Positions 40,694 to 53,520 of a stretch of 64,000 nucleotides of DNA are shown one piece after another (position 1 is the stretch's first letter; each line of letters starts with the position of its first letter). The stretch spans positions 48,670,001-48,734,000 of the forward strand of contig NC_043005.1 of assembly GCF_006345805.1 (NCBI RefSeq), written 5' to 3'. The stretch comes from Octopus sinensis (taxonomy: Eukaryota). Made by a program: the position numbers and the translations under genes. Below the pieces are notes generated by a model that was given only the letters and a program-made list of their open reading frames with translations, made no database searches and had not been told where the DNA came from.

Positions 40694-40847
40694 TGTACAC
40701 AGGCGCACATGTTTAAGTGTAGAGAGAAGACAGACGTATCCATACATGTTCTGCAGCCGTCCATGCAGCATGTATAAATGTGCATATGAAAACAGTCACA
40801 TAGGTTTCAATTTATGCGTGCGTATAAATGTATATATTTCTTTACTA

Positions 40848-41065
40848 CCCACAAGGGGCTAAACACAGAGGGGACAAACAAGGACAGACAAAGGGATTAA
40901 GTCAATTATATCGACCCCAGTGTTTCACTGGTACTTAATTTATCGACCCCGAAAGGATGAAACGCAAAGTCGACCTCGGTGGAATTTGAACTCAGAACGT
41001 AGCGGCAGACGAAATACTGCTAAGCATTTCGCCTGGCGTGATAACGTTTCTGCCAGCTCGCCGCG
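40848..41065 (-). mobile_element. Young SINE family A copy (subfamily with ggggacaaacaaggacagac tail)
   Basis: Near-identical to the reverse complement of 51338-51545. Confidence 0.93.
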
Positions 41066-41344
41066 TATAAATGTATAGCCAACACACACATACACATACA
41101 CGTGCATACAAACACACATGCACCCCCCCACACATACACACATATGCACACGTAAGTATCTATATCTAATTATATATGTATATACACATGTGTATTTATG
41201 TATGAGCATATGCGTGTAAGTACGTATATATTTCTCAAAAGCAATCAAATTCCTTTCTGTGCCATAAACTTATTTTAAGGCCGGATTCTGTGGCGCATAG
41301 ATTCCTCCACTTTTGGAAGAGGGCTCGATTCTTCCTTGGATTAT

Positions 41345-41512
41345 TAAGTTTTGTCAGCTGACTGGACCGGAGGTAAGTGAAAGGAAGTAGTTTGCTCAAG
41401 AACACAACGCGTCGCCCGGTTCAAGAGCCGAAACCACAATCTTGCGATCATAATGGTTTCGATCATACCGGTTTCGATCATACCGTAACCACTAAACCAC
41501 GCGATTCCACTT
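41345..41512 (-). mobile_element. SINE family C head and core, with a 15-bp internal duplication
   Basis: gtcagctgactggaccggag...gctcaagaacacaacgcgtcgcc...aaccactaaaccacgcg. Confidence 0.75.
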
Positions 41513-41779
41513 ACACACATAAATACGCGCGCGTGTATGTGCATATATGCCTGTATAAGCAAACAGAAATATATATATAGAAATACACACATACATACAC
41601 ATACATACATATGTACACACACTACCGATCAGGCACATAAGTGTGTGTGTGTGTGCGCGCGTGTGTGCATGTATGCATGTATAAGGAAGGATACATACAC
41701 AAATGCATATAGAAATACACACATACACACATACACACACATATATACACATTCTGATTTATGTACACACGAGTGTGCG

Positions 41780-41985
41780 AGGCGCGTGGCTCAGTGATTA
41801 AGGTGTTGAACTGATGATCGTAAGATTATGGTTTCGATACATTTCATATAGCCCCAGTCCACTCAGCTGTCAAAAATGAGTAATCCTGCAGGAGACTAGC
41901 GTCTTGTCCAGGGGAAGAATTTATACGCCATGAAACCGGGAAGCCAGCCCTTGTGAGTCGGTATGGCTCGAGAAGGTATACACGA
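41780..41985 (+). mobile_element. SINE related to family C with a different 3' domain
   Basis: ggcgcgtggctcagtgattaaggtg head; ccagtccactcagctgtcaaaaatgag core; then ggagactagcgtcttgtccagggg. Confidence 0.7.
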
Positions 41986-42083
41986 GTAAGCGCAAAAATG
42001 CAAATCAAGGTCGAAAAATAGCACTTGAATAGAGTAATGTGCTTTTTATAAAAGCCGAAAAACTAAAGTTCACAAGCTGTTAC

Positions 42084-42180
42084 TCAGAGTTTCAGGTTAC
42101 CGTTCGCCGAACAGTTGTGATCATTGAGACCGTACTATATGATCACAATTGTCGGACGAAGGGGACAATTGTAATTCGGA
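42084..42180 (+). ncRNA. Candidate pri/pre-miRNA hairpin (unrecognised family)
   Basis: About 23-bp upper stem with 14-nt loop plus an imperfect basal stem; a 60-nt pre-miRNA (42103-42162) would give two 22-nt arms with 2-nt 3' overhangs. Confidence 0.45.
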
Positions 42181-42322
42181 AGAATTTTTTTCGGCTTATT
42201 TCTAAAAAAAATATGTATGTATGTATGTATGCTATGTTAGGTATGCATTGGTGTGAAAACGAGTGGGTGCGCAAAATGTATATATATATATATATACATA
42301 AAGATATATATATATTATATGT

Positions 42323-42354
<32 letters not shown>

Positions 42355-42402
42355 GTAAATGTATACATACATATATATATATATGTAAATGTATACATAC
42401 AT

Positions 42403-42445
<43 letters not shown>

Positions 42446-42491
42446 TACTTCTGAGTGCATTTACATGCAAAAATATTTATTAAATACATAC

Positions 42492-42526
<35 letters not shown>

Positions 42527-42856
42527 CACATGCGTGTGCGTATGTGTGTGTATGTGTGTGTGTATGTCTGTGTGTGTGTATGTGTGTGTGTGTATGTCTA
42601 TGTGTGTATGTGCGTATATATGTGTGTGTGTGTGTGTGTGGACAAGCGTTATACTAAATGACATTAGCATCTCCATTCCGTTTAAATAATATTCACTCAT
42701 GACACAGAATGCCGTCTCGTCAATTGAACTGACATTTATTTTGTATCCTAATTCGAAAAGACAAACTCAGGCTACTCAATAGCAACAAATAGGTCGGTGC
42801 TGTTGGTAGCAACGTTTCGTGTGCGCTATCTGTATATACATGTGTATGTGCATGCA

Positions 42857-42901
<45 letters not shown>

Positions 42902-43008
42902 GTATATATATAAGCACATGTGTAATATATATATATATAATACATCAAGTACAGGACATCAGCAACGAGTGAAAATACGTAAAAACAACGAGTCAAGTAC
43001 GGGACAAT

Positions 43009-43061
<53 letters not shown>

Positions 43062-43701
43062 TATAATGTATGTATGTATGTCGTATGTCTTTGTATTTGT
43101 GAATGTCCGTGTTAGGTTCTAAATATACCTACATGCGTGTGTATGTGTGTTTGTGTGTGTGTGCGTGTGAGTGCGTGTATATGTACCTATGTGCATATAC
43201 ACACACCACACACGCCACAATGCAAACATTTGTGCGGTGGTCTGCGTGGCAAAAAAGAAATTTTAATAATAAATAATACTATACTAAGCAATAAAAGAAT
43301 ATTTGGACCATATATATTTTGTATGTATATAAGTGACACCACACACACTCACACACTCACACACACACACATACACACACACACACATTACGTATACGCA
43401 CATCTTATATACTCCCACAGAAACACGCACCACACAGCGATATTGCCACAAAGTCACACACAGGCATGCACGCATGCTCATACACACACATGCACATACA
43501 CACATGCATGCATACGTACATACACATACATCCGTCTCATGAAATTGAAGATGAGTTTTTCAGCACATATCATTCGTCTACTAATTCAGTTGTTTTATGA
43601 TCCCCATGTAGTCCTTAGCCGACACAGACAACATCTCGATCGTTCTACCTTTTGACACGGCGGAATACACAGTTGGAGAGAAAGAGAGGTAGATACACAG
43701 G

Positions 43702-43757
<56 letters not shown>

Positions 43758-44261
43758 CAGATGGAGAGAGATAGAGAGGTCTACCTCTACGCTGTGCTCG
43801 TACCTTATTTATTAGGGACTTCCTTTTCAATGCTCCTATAGCTTTCCACGTGGCCAAATAAATCAATACAACCCACTATTGTTTCAAATGGTGCACTCTA
43901 TCTCACCGCATGTTACCACTGTTTTTTTTTTCGTATGTGTCTCAAACGGCAGTGACAATTCGTGTCATTTTGGGGAGAAAGGAAAATACTGCAAGCCAAA
44001 TGGACCTTGTCCCCCAATGCATTGCAGCTGAGTGAGTTTTGCTAAAAGCACACATGCGTAACACCGGGCAAGGAATTAAGTTTATCTTAGCTGTAATACT
44101 CAGCTTCTCTCTCACACACACATGCAGAGAGAAAAATCATTCTGCACCTTTGTTGCAACATAGATTGCGAGCCGCAATAGAAAGACAGAAACATAGCAGT
44201 CAGTTCAGGTTTGGGGCTACGATACTCAACATAACGAAGGATAAGAAAATCTAAGTCCATT

Positions 44262-44480
44262 AAGAATGGTTTCAACTTTTGGCACAGTGCCAGCAATTTC
44301 GAGGGAGGCGGGTTTAGTCGATTAGATCGACTCCTGTGTTCAACTCATAATTAAGTTATCGACACCGAAAGAATTGAAAGGAAGGTCGATCTCTGCAGAG
44401 TTTGAACCCGGAACGTGAATACGGACGAAATGCCGCTAAGCATTTTACCCAGTGTGCCAACAATTCTGCCAGCTCACTGT
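44262..44480 (-). mobile_element. SINE family A
   Basis: ggtttcaacttttggcac...gagtttgaacccggaacgt...ttctgccagctc. Confidence 0.88.
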
Positions 44481-44520
44481 CAGTAATAAAGCATTTCCCC
44501 AGTTTTCTTTTATAATGTAG

Positions 44521-45019
44521 TCAGAAGGAGGAAAGGAAATTTCCGCCTGGTCAGAGAGGAGGAAATACAAAAAGAAGGAAAAAATACAAACATTGTTTGA
44601 TCAGAAAAGAAGCATCGCCTTACGAATCTTTTAAAAATATTTGTCATTGGTGGGAAGAAAGAAACAATATAATACAGAATTGTGCTAGATGTGTTTATTT
44701 TGTAAGGCTTCTAATTTGTGTATGGCCCTGTATATGCTTTTACGATGAAAACAAGTTATTCTCAAACCATGCATCTGATCTAATTACTTGTTGCAAAAGA
44801 GGGTACTCCACCAACTATAATCAAGAGCCAGTGATAGAGTTAAGCCGGTTTAACTCCAAAGAGCGCCAAATAATAGAAAGTGTCTTTGCTGCGGAATTCC
44901 GAACAGTTTCTATCTACATAATTTCATTTCGCACATGGAGATATGATCTACCCAAAAATGTAGTAAAAAAACGCTTGTCTAAGGTGACAAACTGCGAAAC
45001 CGAACACGAAACCCCGTAG
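44521..45019 (+). CDS. Candidate orphan terminal coding exon (165 codons), product unknown
   Basis: Acceptor ccagttttcttttataatgtag; the phase-2 frame is closed by TAA at 44513-44515, then open to TAG at 45017-45019; non-repetitive sequence; no domain recognised. Confidence 0.3.
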
Positions 45020-45512
45020 ACGTCAAGAACATTTCTTAACTACGCAACCAGCGTTGCGCTTAATGACTACTAATGATAATATTAATTGGATCTGGAAAGT
45101 TGAAGGTATAAGTTCGAATCCAAAGGTTCGTTTTCCCTTATTGCCTCTAAGAGCAATTTCCATGCAGTCGTAGAGTCAACAGTCTGGATAGAATGTGTAC
45201 ATTTGTAAGCTGAATTCGATGAACTAAACAGAGAGAGAGAAAGAGAGAAAGAGAGGGAGAGAAATGAGTAAGAGAGGGAGAGAGAGAATATTGATGAGGT
45301 AACGGTTCCATAAGGCTACCGCGAACATTTTACACTGTATTTTAATAAACAGACGCCTACCCATACACAAAGACGGATATATGTACACAGGTAAGCAAAC
45401 ACACAAATGCACGAATAAAGACAGAAAAAACACGAAATGCAAAACTGATGTATTAAGTTATAAACCCCATAGTTTACTAATTTATTTTACAAAATCTTTA
45501 GAAGGAATACAT

Positions 45513-45584
<72 letters not shown>

Positions 45585-45639
45585 AAACACACACGCATGC
45601 ACATAAACATCTTTTATCATTTCTCTTTTGTTCGTTTCA

Positions 45640-45831
45640 CTCAATGGGCCGCGGCCGTGATGGGGCAACGCATTGAAAAGTTTAGTCGAGCAAATCGACC
45701 TCGGTACTTATTTTTTTAGTCTGGTACACATTCTATCAGTAACTTTCGGCGAACCGCGAAGTTATGAGGGACGTAAACAAATCAACACCGGTTATCAAGC
45801 GGTGGTGGGGGGGACAAACACTACACACACA
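45640..45831 (-). mobile_element. SINE family B, 3' half, running into the gap at its internal (CA)n
   Basis: gcggccgtgatgggg...gaaccgcgaagttatgagggacgtaaac...gggggacaaac. Confidence 0.85.
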
Positions 45832-45931
45832 NNNNNNNNNNNNNNNNNNNNNNNNNNNNNNNNNNNNNNNNNNNNNNNNNNNNNNNNNNNNNNNNNNNNN
45901 NNNNNNNNNNNNNNNNNNNNNNNNNNNNNNN
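45832..45931. other. Assembly gap (100 N)
   Basis: Read directly. Confidence 1.
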
Positions 45932-46181
45932 TAGCTTGCTTACTGCAAAGTCTATAAACAGAGGCAAGATAAATAATATAAAGCTGTTTGTAGAGCATAT
46001 AGTATGTATATAAAGACAGAGCTATATAAATAATATAGTTGTCGGTATATTAAATAATATGCAGATAACTACGTTATTTAGATAACTCTCTCTTTATATA
46101 CTATATGCTCTACAAACAGCTTTATATTATTTATCTTGCCTCTCTTTACATTTATAAAGCTCTCGCTCTCTCTATATATAT

Positions 46182-46405
46182 AATTATAAGCTTCCACCGT
46201 ATATCGACAATAGAAAATGGTCTAAATATTAGCGGGGAATATAAATTCCCATGTCAACACACCACACTTATTGCGAAAATAAGAGCTGAGAGTTCGTTTT
46301 CCACGCGTTCCAATGCCTATTTACCCCCACCCACGTTATGGAGTTTTATATGTCCTTAATATTAGACTAATTTCTATAGTCAATATAGGGTGAAAGCTTA
46401 TAATT
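46182..46405. mobile_element. MITE-like element with ~50-bp imperfect terminal inverted repeats
   Basis: 46182-46231 versus reverse complement of 46357-46405: 43 of 50 positions match (hand alignment). Confidence 0.65.
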
Positions 46406-46509
46406 CTATTTACAAAACGTTCACTCCCTACCGTTTTCTAGTTCACATGTTTACACACACACACGCACACACATAATACAAGGAGAGGGAATGAACAGGT
46501 TTTAATCAC

Positions 46510-46902
46510 GGCATTTACGATCTGAGTTCAAATTCCACCGAAGTCGACTTTACCTTTTATCCTTTCGGGGTCGATAAAATAAGTTCCAGTTGAGTCCTGG
46601 GGGGGTCGCTGAAATCAATTAACTCCCTGAAAAATTTAAGCTTTGTGTGCCTATTGTAAAAAGAATATTTAGAGAATATAGATAATAATGGTTTCAAATT
46701 TTGGCATTAGGCCTGGAATTTGTGGGACGGGGTATGATCGATTACATCGACCCCAGGGCTCAACTGGTGCGTATTTTCTCGATCTTGAAAGGATGGAAGG
46801 CAAGTCGACCTCGGCAGATTTGAAACTCAGAACGTAATGACGGCGAAACGCCGGTGAGCATTTTACCCGGCATGTTAACGATGTCTACTAACACGCCGCC
46901 TT
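46510..46902. mobile_element. Two tail-to-tail SINE family A copies (46510-46665 plus, 46688-46902 minus)
   Basis: Family core in both orientations. Confidence 0.85.
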
Positions 46903-48059
46903 CTGTTGATATACATATTAATAGATATATCTAGTACTGTGGCACATTATATCGAAAGGGTTACGACAAAATTTTTTCAAACCAGTCGATAGGTTTGAAC
47001 TCAGAATACAAAGGCACGTAAGCCAATAGTACTAGGCATTTTGTTCGGTGCGCTATGAATTCTCTCATCCACAATCTGCTTTTTCTGGAGATATCAATTA
47101 ATATAAGATAGAGGACAGTGTTTGTAATGGAAGAGAGAATAATCATATAAGCAAACGTCCGTAATCATTACATACATCAGTGAGTATATATTACTGTTAG
47201 GGACGTATATGCGTGTGTGAATGTGTGCATGTTTGTGTGTGTGTATATACATATATACACGCATGTATGTATGTATTATATGTGTGTGTGTGCGAGTGTG
47301 TGTATGTGTATATATATATATATACACATATATATACATTGATAGGTAAACATACAGATGCATATATATACATATATATAAATGTATGGATATAAGTATA
47401 TATGCTTATGTATATGTATGTAGATATGTATGTGCGTGCGCGTTCATATGTGTGTATGTGTGTGTGTGCGTGTGCGCGCGTGCGTGTATGTGTGTACGTG
47501 TGTATGCATGAGAGAGTCGGTATGGGTTTCATATACGGGCAGACGCGCGCACGTGTGAATGCGTTCGCGTGTGTATGTGCATGTTGCGCGTCTGTACATG
47601 TGCACATGTGTATGTATACCTGAGTTTGTGTGTGTGTGTTTGTGTGTGTATGTGTGTATGTGTGTGTATGTGTGTGCGTGTGTGTGTGTGTATGTGTGTG
47701 TGTGTACGCAGGCACGCGTATGTATCCGTTTCTTGCATGCAGTCAAAACATCGTTATATACTTCATCGAATCGAAATGAGATTCATGGAATTAGCACAGC
47801 GTAAGGCTAACGTATGGAACTAGTAAGACTACATCTGCTATTACAAAACAATACAATCGCTGACAGTGCTACCATGAGATTTCCGTTGCGGCATAGCTTC
47901 ACAACAATTGCACGTCTCTTTGAATTTCATTAAAAACCGCCCCTTATATTAAATGCCATGCAAATGTCAGTTGTTTCATAATGACACACATACATTCTCT
48001 CTCATATTGTAGATTCACTGTTAGTCACAGGTGAGCAATGAAAAATAACTATTAACGCA

Positions 48060-48435
<376 letters not shown>

Positions 48436-48757
48436 ATATTTAGATAGTGTTTAAGGAAACAGCCGGAGCAGTACATGTGCATAGTATATGCATTTTGACA
48501 TGCCTGTATATGAAAGCAACAAAGGCAATTCAAAGAACACGAATAACGTTCGCATTATGGTACATCTACTTTAACCGAGGTGCATGGTACACACGTATTG
48601 CACATAACTGCTAAGGTGTTGATGCATAAATCAATGTGAATAACTCTATATCTAAACCGATTATAAATAATTATCAAGTAAGTTGATATCCCGATTTCAA
48701 GTTTACGACATATTTTAATCGTAGCAATTATAAAGATTTTTAAAAATATTATTGATA

Positions 48758-49158
48758 GGCGCAGGAGTGGCTGTGTGGTAAGTAGCTTGTTTCCCAACCA
48801 CATGGTTCCGGGTTCATTCCCACTGCGTGGCACCTTGGGTAAGTGTCTTCTACTATAGCCTCGGGCCGACCAAAGCCTTGTGAGTGGATTTGGTAGACGG
48901 AAACTGAAAGAAGCCCGTCGTATATATGTATATATATATGTATGTGCGTGTATGTTTGTGTGTCTGTGTTTGTCCCCCTAGCATTGCTTGACAACCGATG
49001 TTGGTGTGTTTATGTCCCCGTTACTAAGCAGTTCGGCAAAAGAGACCGATAGAATAAGTACTGGGCTTACAAAAGAATAAGTCCCGGGGTCGAGTTGCTC
49101 GATTAAAGGCGGTGCTGAAACCAGTATAGCCGCAGTCAAATGACTGAAACAAGTAAAA
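48758..49158 (+). mobile_element. Near-intact SINE family B (~400 bp, reference copy)
   Basis: ggcgcaggagtggctgtgtggtaag (A-box-like)...gggttcattccc (B-box-like); short internal TA/TG tract; tail aaatgactgaaacaagtaaaaaaaaa. Confidence 0.95.
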
Positions 49159-49217
49159 AAAAATATTTATTTTAGATTTGGTTATATATTGACACACAAG
49201 CTTGCATCATTGTGTAT

Positions 49218-49443
49218 ATTGGTTTCAAATTTTGGCGCAAGGTCAGCTATTTCGTGGGGGTAAGGGCTAAGTCGATTACATCGCATTCAGTGATCAGCAG
49301 GTGCTTATTTTATCGTCTCCGAAAGGTGAGGAAAAACAAAGTCGACCTCTGCGGAATTTGAACTCAGAAAGTAAAGACGGTCGAAAGGCCGCTAAGCATT
49401 TTGGCCGGCGTGCTAACAATTCTGCTAGTTAGCCACCTTTATC

Positions 49444-49496
<53 letters not shown>

Positions 49497-49552
49497 ATAG
49501 CCACCTTATCATTATAATATATATATATATTAATAGCCACCTTTATCATTAT

Positions 49553-49590
<38 letters not shown>

Positions 49591-50185
49591 ATATATATAA
49601 TGATAAAGGTGGCTATTAAGATATATCTTTAGCCTACTCAATTTCAAATTTATCTTTTAATAATAACGCTTTGTAGTCAATTATTATCGTCTCCTGCAAA
49701 GCTAAAAATGAAGACCTGAGAAGCATCTCGACTCAAAAAAGATTGTTAAATAGTTCAAATATCGTGGCCACCCCATCTGCTCCACACTGTTCGCCTCCTA
49801 TCAAAGCAGTTTCTTTCTTAGGTTTTTCTTTTTTATATAGTTTTCGTTTTTTGCTCGTTTCTTTTTGCTTTTTTTGTGTGTTTTTTTTTCTTTTTTTTGT
49901 TTTTAGTTTTTATTGCTCATTACCGTTTACTTTACATTTCGAATTTTTCGCTTAGTCATTAGGAATTGGTAAAGTTGAAATATTAGTTTCACATTTTGGC
50001 ACAAGGCCAGAAATTATGGGAGAAGGTTCAAGTCGATTACATCGACCTTAGTGCTCAGCTGCTAATTTATTTTATCGATTCCAAATCGATTCTGGCGGCA
50101 TTTGAACTCACAACATAAAATCTGCAGAAATGACACTATGTATTTTTTTCTGGCGCGGTAACGAATCTGCCAGCTTGCTACGTTG
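49218..50185 (-). mobile_element. Two SINE family A copies (49218-49440 and 49985-50185)
   Basis: Family core motifs. Confidence 0.85.
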
Positions 50186-51337
50186 GTTAAGTTGAAGTAC
50201 TGAAAGAGAAAAGTCCATTGTTTTCCAACTCAGCATTGTTAAGTGTGTATACATACACAGACAAGAATGCCTCAAGTGAAACTACAATACCTTAGTTTCA
50301 TATACTAAGCTGAGTTAGGGTTATATCCCTTAAATGAAGAGCAGCTGGTTAAATTCCAGAATTTTCCCATCTCAGAAGCAACTAAATAAGGTTTATCATT
50401 ATTCTAAAATAAATCTTCTCCGTCGGTTATTTCAAATCAAATTTAATACGAAACTAAGGAATCACTTGAAAGTAGTACATTCCTCCGACATTAGATAATT
50501 CTATCTTTTGTCATTTATTTCTTAGTTAACAATAATCCGACAGTGAAATACCAAGATTATTCCAATATGAAATTTTTTTTTTTTTCTATTTTCATTCATG
50601 AGTCTTCTCTCTCCACAGTGCTTGGTGAAAACATAGTTTTTAATTAGTATTTTGAGGGAGAGGGGAAAAAAACAAACGCATAATGATATTTTTGTTCGCT
50701 GCAGCTTATCAATAATGATCTCACGGAATAAAGAATAATTGATACAAATGCATATTTGACGTTCAAGTTAGATTAGATGAAAATACAAAAAAATAATAAT
50801 AAAACTATCCTCTTCACCATAAAAAAGCGCTTATACAAATGTCTGCATTATTAAGTCATTGATAATGTTACATAAAAAAAAAACACTTCGATGATATTAA
50901 CGTATTCCTTAGAGAAATACACTGCCATGTCTCCTTTTATAAAAGTATGACTGCATAATATTCTGTCTACTGGAATAAGATAGGAAACAAAAGGCTTTAA
51001 CATAAGCACGAGTAGCAGTTATATTCTTCAGTACTTTGTTTAACTCGCATCTGTTGGGCAATTTCCGGCCAAGCTTTACTTGTCATATTCAACTAGGATT
51101 GCAATTGAATTTCTGTTCATTGACGATATATCTTTGTATTTTGTTGTCAATGATAAAATTATTTCCGGTTTAACTAACGTTTTCTTTAGCATATCTTTCT
51201 TTTCCATATTTAGACAAACATTTGAGACAACACGATATTTTTATCAAAAACGTTTTTTTTTTAACCAAAGATGTTGGTTATTTCTAACTTCCAGCGTGTT
51301 TTTCATGAGGAAATGACTAGACACACACACACATACA

Positions 51338-51822
51338 CCAGCACGCCGGGCGAAATGCGTAGCCGTATTTCGTCCGCCGCTACGTTCTGAGTTCAAATTC
51401 CCCCGAGGTCGACTTTGCCTTTCATCCTTTCGGGGTCGATAAATTAAGTACAAGTTACGCACTGGGGTCGATGTAATCGACTTAACCCGTTGGTCTGTCC
51501 TTATTTGTCCCCTCTATGTTTAGCCCCTTGTGGGTAATAAAGAAACATAAATATATATATATATATACGTTCTGAGTTCAAATGCCGCCGGGATTGACTT
51601 TGCTTAAAGCGGTGAGCGGCAGAATCATTACCGCAAAGGAAAAAATTCTTAGTGGCATTTCTTCCGACTTTACGTTCTGAGTTCACATGCTGCCGTGGTC
51701 ATCTTTAACTTTCATCCTTTCTGAGTCGATCAAATAAGTACCAGTTGAACACTAAGGTCGATGAAATTGACTTACACTCCTCCTCCCCAATTGTTCGTCT
51801 TGTACCAAAATTTGAAACTAAC
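51338..51822 (+). mobile_element. Two SINE family A copies plus a short fragment
   Basis: 51338-51545 is close to consensus (gcacgccgggcgaaatgcgtagccgtatttcgtc...). Confidence 0.92.
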
Positions 51823-52334
51823 AATAGAGACAAATTTGTTAATATTAATTGCCATTATTTAAGTTCATTACTTAAATATAACAAATATAATTATAGCGTA
51901 TCTGTAATGAATATCCACAAAGCACAAAAGCACACGTTCAAACGAATGAAAAACTAAATCCTGATATTTAGAAGATTCGTTTCAAATGGTACGTCCTTTA
52001 AACCAGTGGTTCTTTAAAGGAATTATCATGACTTAATTGTTTTTTGACCATTACCAGTTTGATCAGAACTGACTTCATATCCGTTCTTCTCCGCCATTTT
52101 TGATCTTCGTTTTATTCGGATTTGCCCTCTAATCCATTCGATGTTTAAAAAACCCCTTTGTATTTTTATTGTTAAGCATTATTAGAATTATATAAAAATA
52201 ATTGTTAAAATATTTTGCGTATTGTAGAAATACAGCGAATTTGTTGCACAAATTTTAACAGCAAAATCTTGTTGGATCCCCGAGGGTATTTAGATGAAAG
52301 TACAACACACGTTACTCCCATATATGTGTGTGTG

Positions 52335-52611
52335 TGTGTGTATGTATGTATATTCTTTAACTTGTTTCAATCGTTTGACTGCGGCCATGCTGGAGCATCA
52401 CCTTGAAGGATTTTAGTCGGACAAATCGACCCCAGTATTTATTTTTTAAGCCTGGTACTTGTCCTAGCGGTTTCTTTTGTCGAACCGCCAAGTTACAAAG
52501 ATGCAAACAACCAAAGCCGTTTTCTCAACAGTGGGGGTGGGCAAGCATAGACATAAAGACGCACGCACACACACATATATACGTATGTATAATATATACA
52601 TACATACTATC

Positions 52612-52643
<32 letters not shown>

Positions 52644-52645
52644 TT

Positions 52646-52688
<43 letters not shown>

Positions 52689-52860
52689 GCATATACGACG
52701 GGCTTCTTTCAGTTTCTATCTATCAAATCCACTCAAAAGGCTTTGGTCAACCCTAGGCTAGAGTAGAAGATATTTGCCGAAGGTGCCATGCAGTGGGACC
52801 GAACCCGCAACCATGTGGTTGGAAAGCAAGCTTCTTACCACACAGCCATGCCTGCGCCTG
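52335..52860 (-). mobile_element. Full SINE family B with expanded internal (TA)n
   Basis: Reverse complement of the 48758 copy; ends cacacagccatgcctgcgcct. Confidence 0.93.
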
Positions 52861-53299
52861 AAACGCTCGCTCATAATCTTTTATACACTTGAAAAATTTG
52901 TCCTGTCTCCCACACCCTACCGCCAAGCGCACAATTCGACTCCTGAACTTTGCTGAATATTCTTATATTCATTATTTTTATCACAGACTTCATCCACGAT
53001 TCACCGAATGGAATGTTTTCCGTTTTCTTTCTTTCTCTTGTGAGAACATGCGTGAATGTGTCTCCATTTATTTTGCATTCCGTATGTACGAGTATGTCGA
53101 TGATACAAAGGTGTCATTAGTTATAGCAGATTTAGTGGAGTGGGGGAATGTATTACATTTTCAAGTCTTTAAAATATTTAGCACCGTCTAAAATAATAGG
53201 ATTTGGCCACGAATGAATGGAAGTGTTTCTTCTGGAGAACAAGATATACGACTCGAAAATTGATTCCCGCCATTATGTTATAATCATTTTTGGGAGGGG

Positions 53300-53520
53300 A
53301 AAAAGAAAAGATGAGGAAGGAAGGAAAGGGGGTGAAGAAGAAGAAAAGAAGAAGAAAAAGAAAGAAGAAGAATAAGAAGAAGAAAGAGGAGGAGGAGAAG
53401 AAAGGAAGAAGAGAAGAAGAAGAAGAAGAAGAAAAGAAAGAGAGGAAGAAGAAGAAAAGAAAAGAAGAAGAAGAAGAAGAAGAAAAGAAGAACGAAGAAG
53501 AAGAAGAAGAAGAAGATAGA
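53300..53520. repeat. (GAA)n-rich polypurine tract
   Basis: 53364-53492 contains only A and G. Confidence 0.95.

Noticed and set aside
47743-47800. 58-nt AG...GT segment (SKHRYILHRIEMRFMELAQ)
   Set aside because: Moderate splice sites, no recognisable homology, not frame-preserving.
52889-53191. 100-aa ORF containing YVDDTK (RT-like YxDD)
   Set aside because: No flanking RT motifs; one short motif is insufficient.
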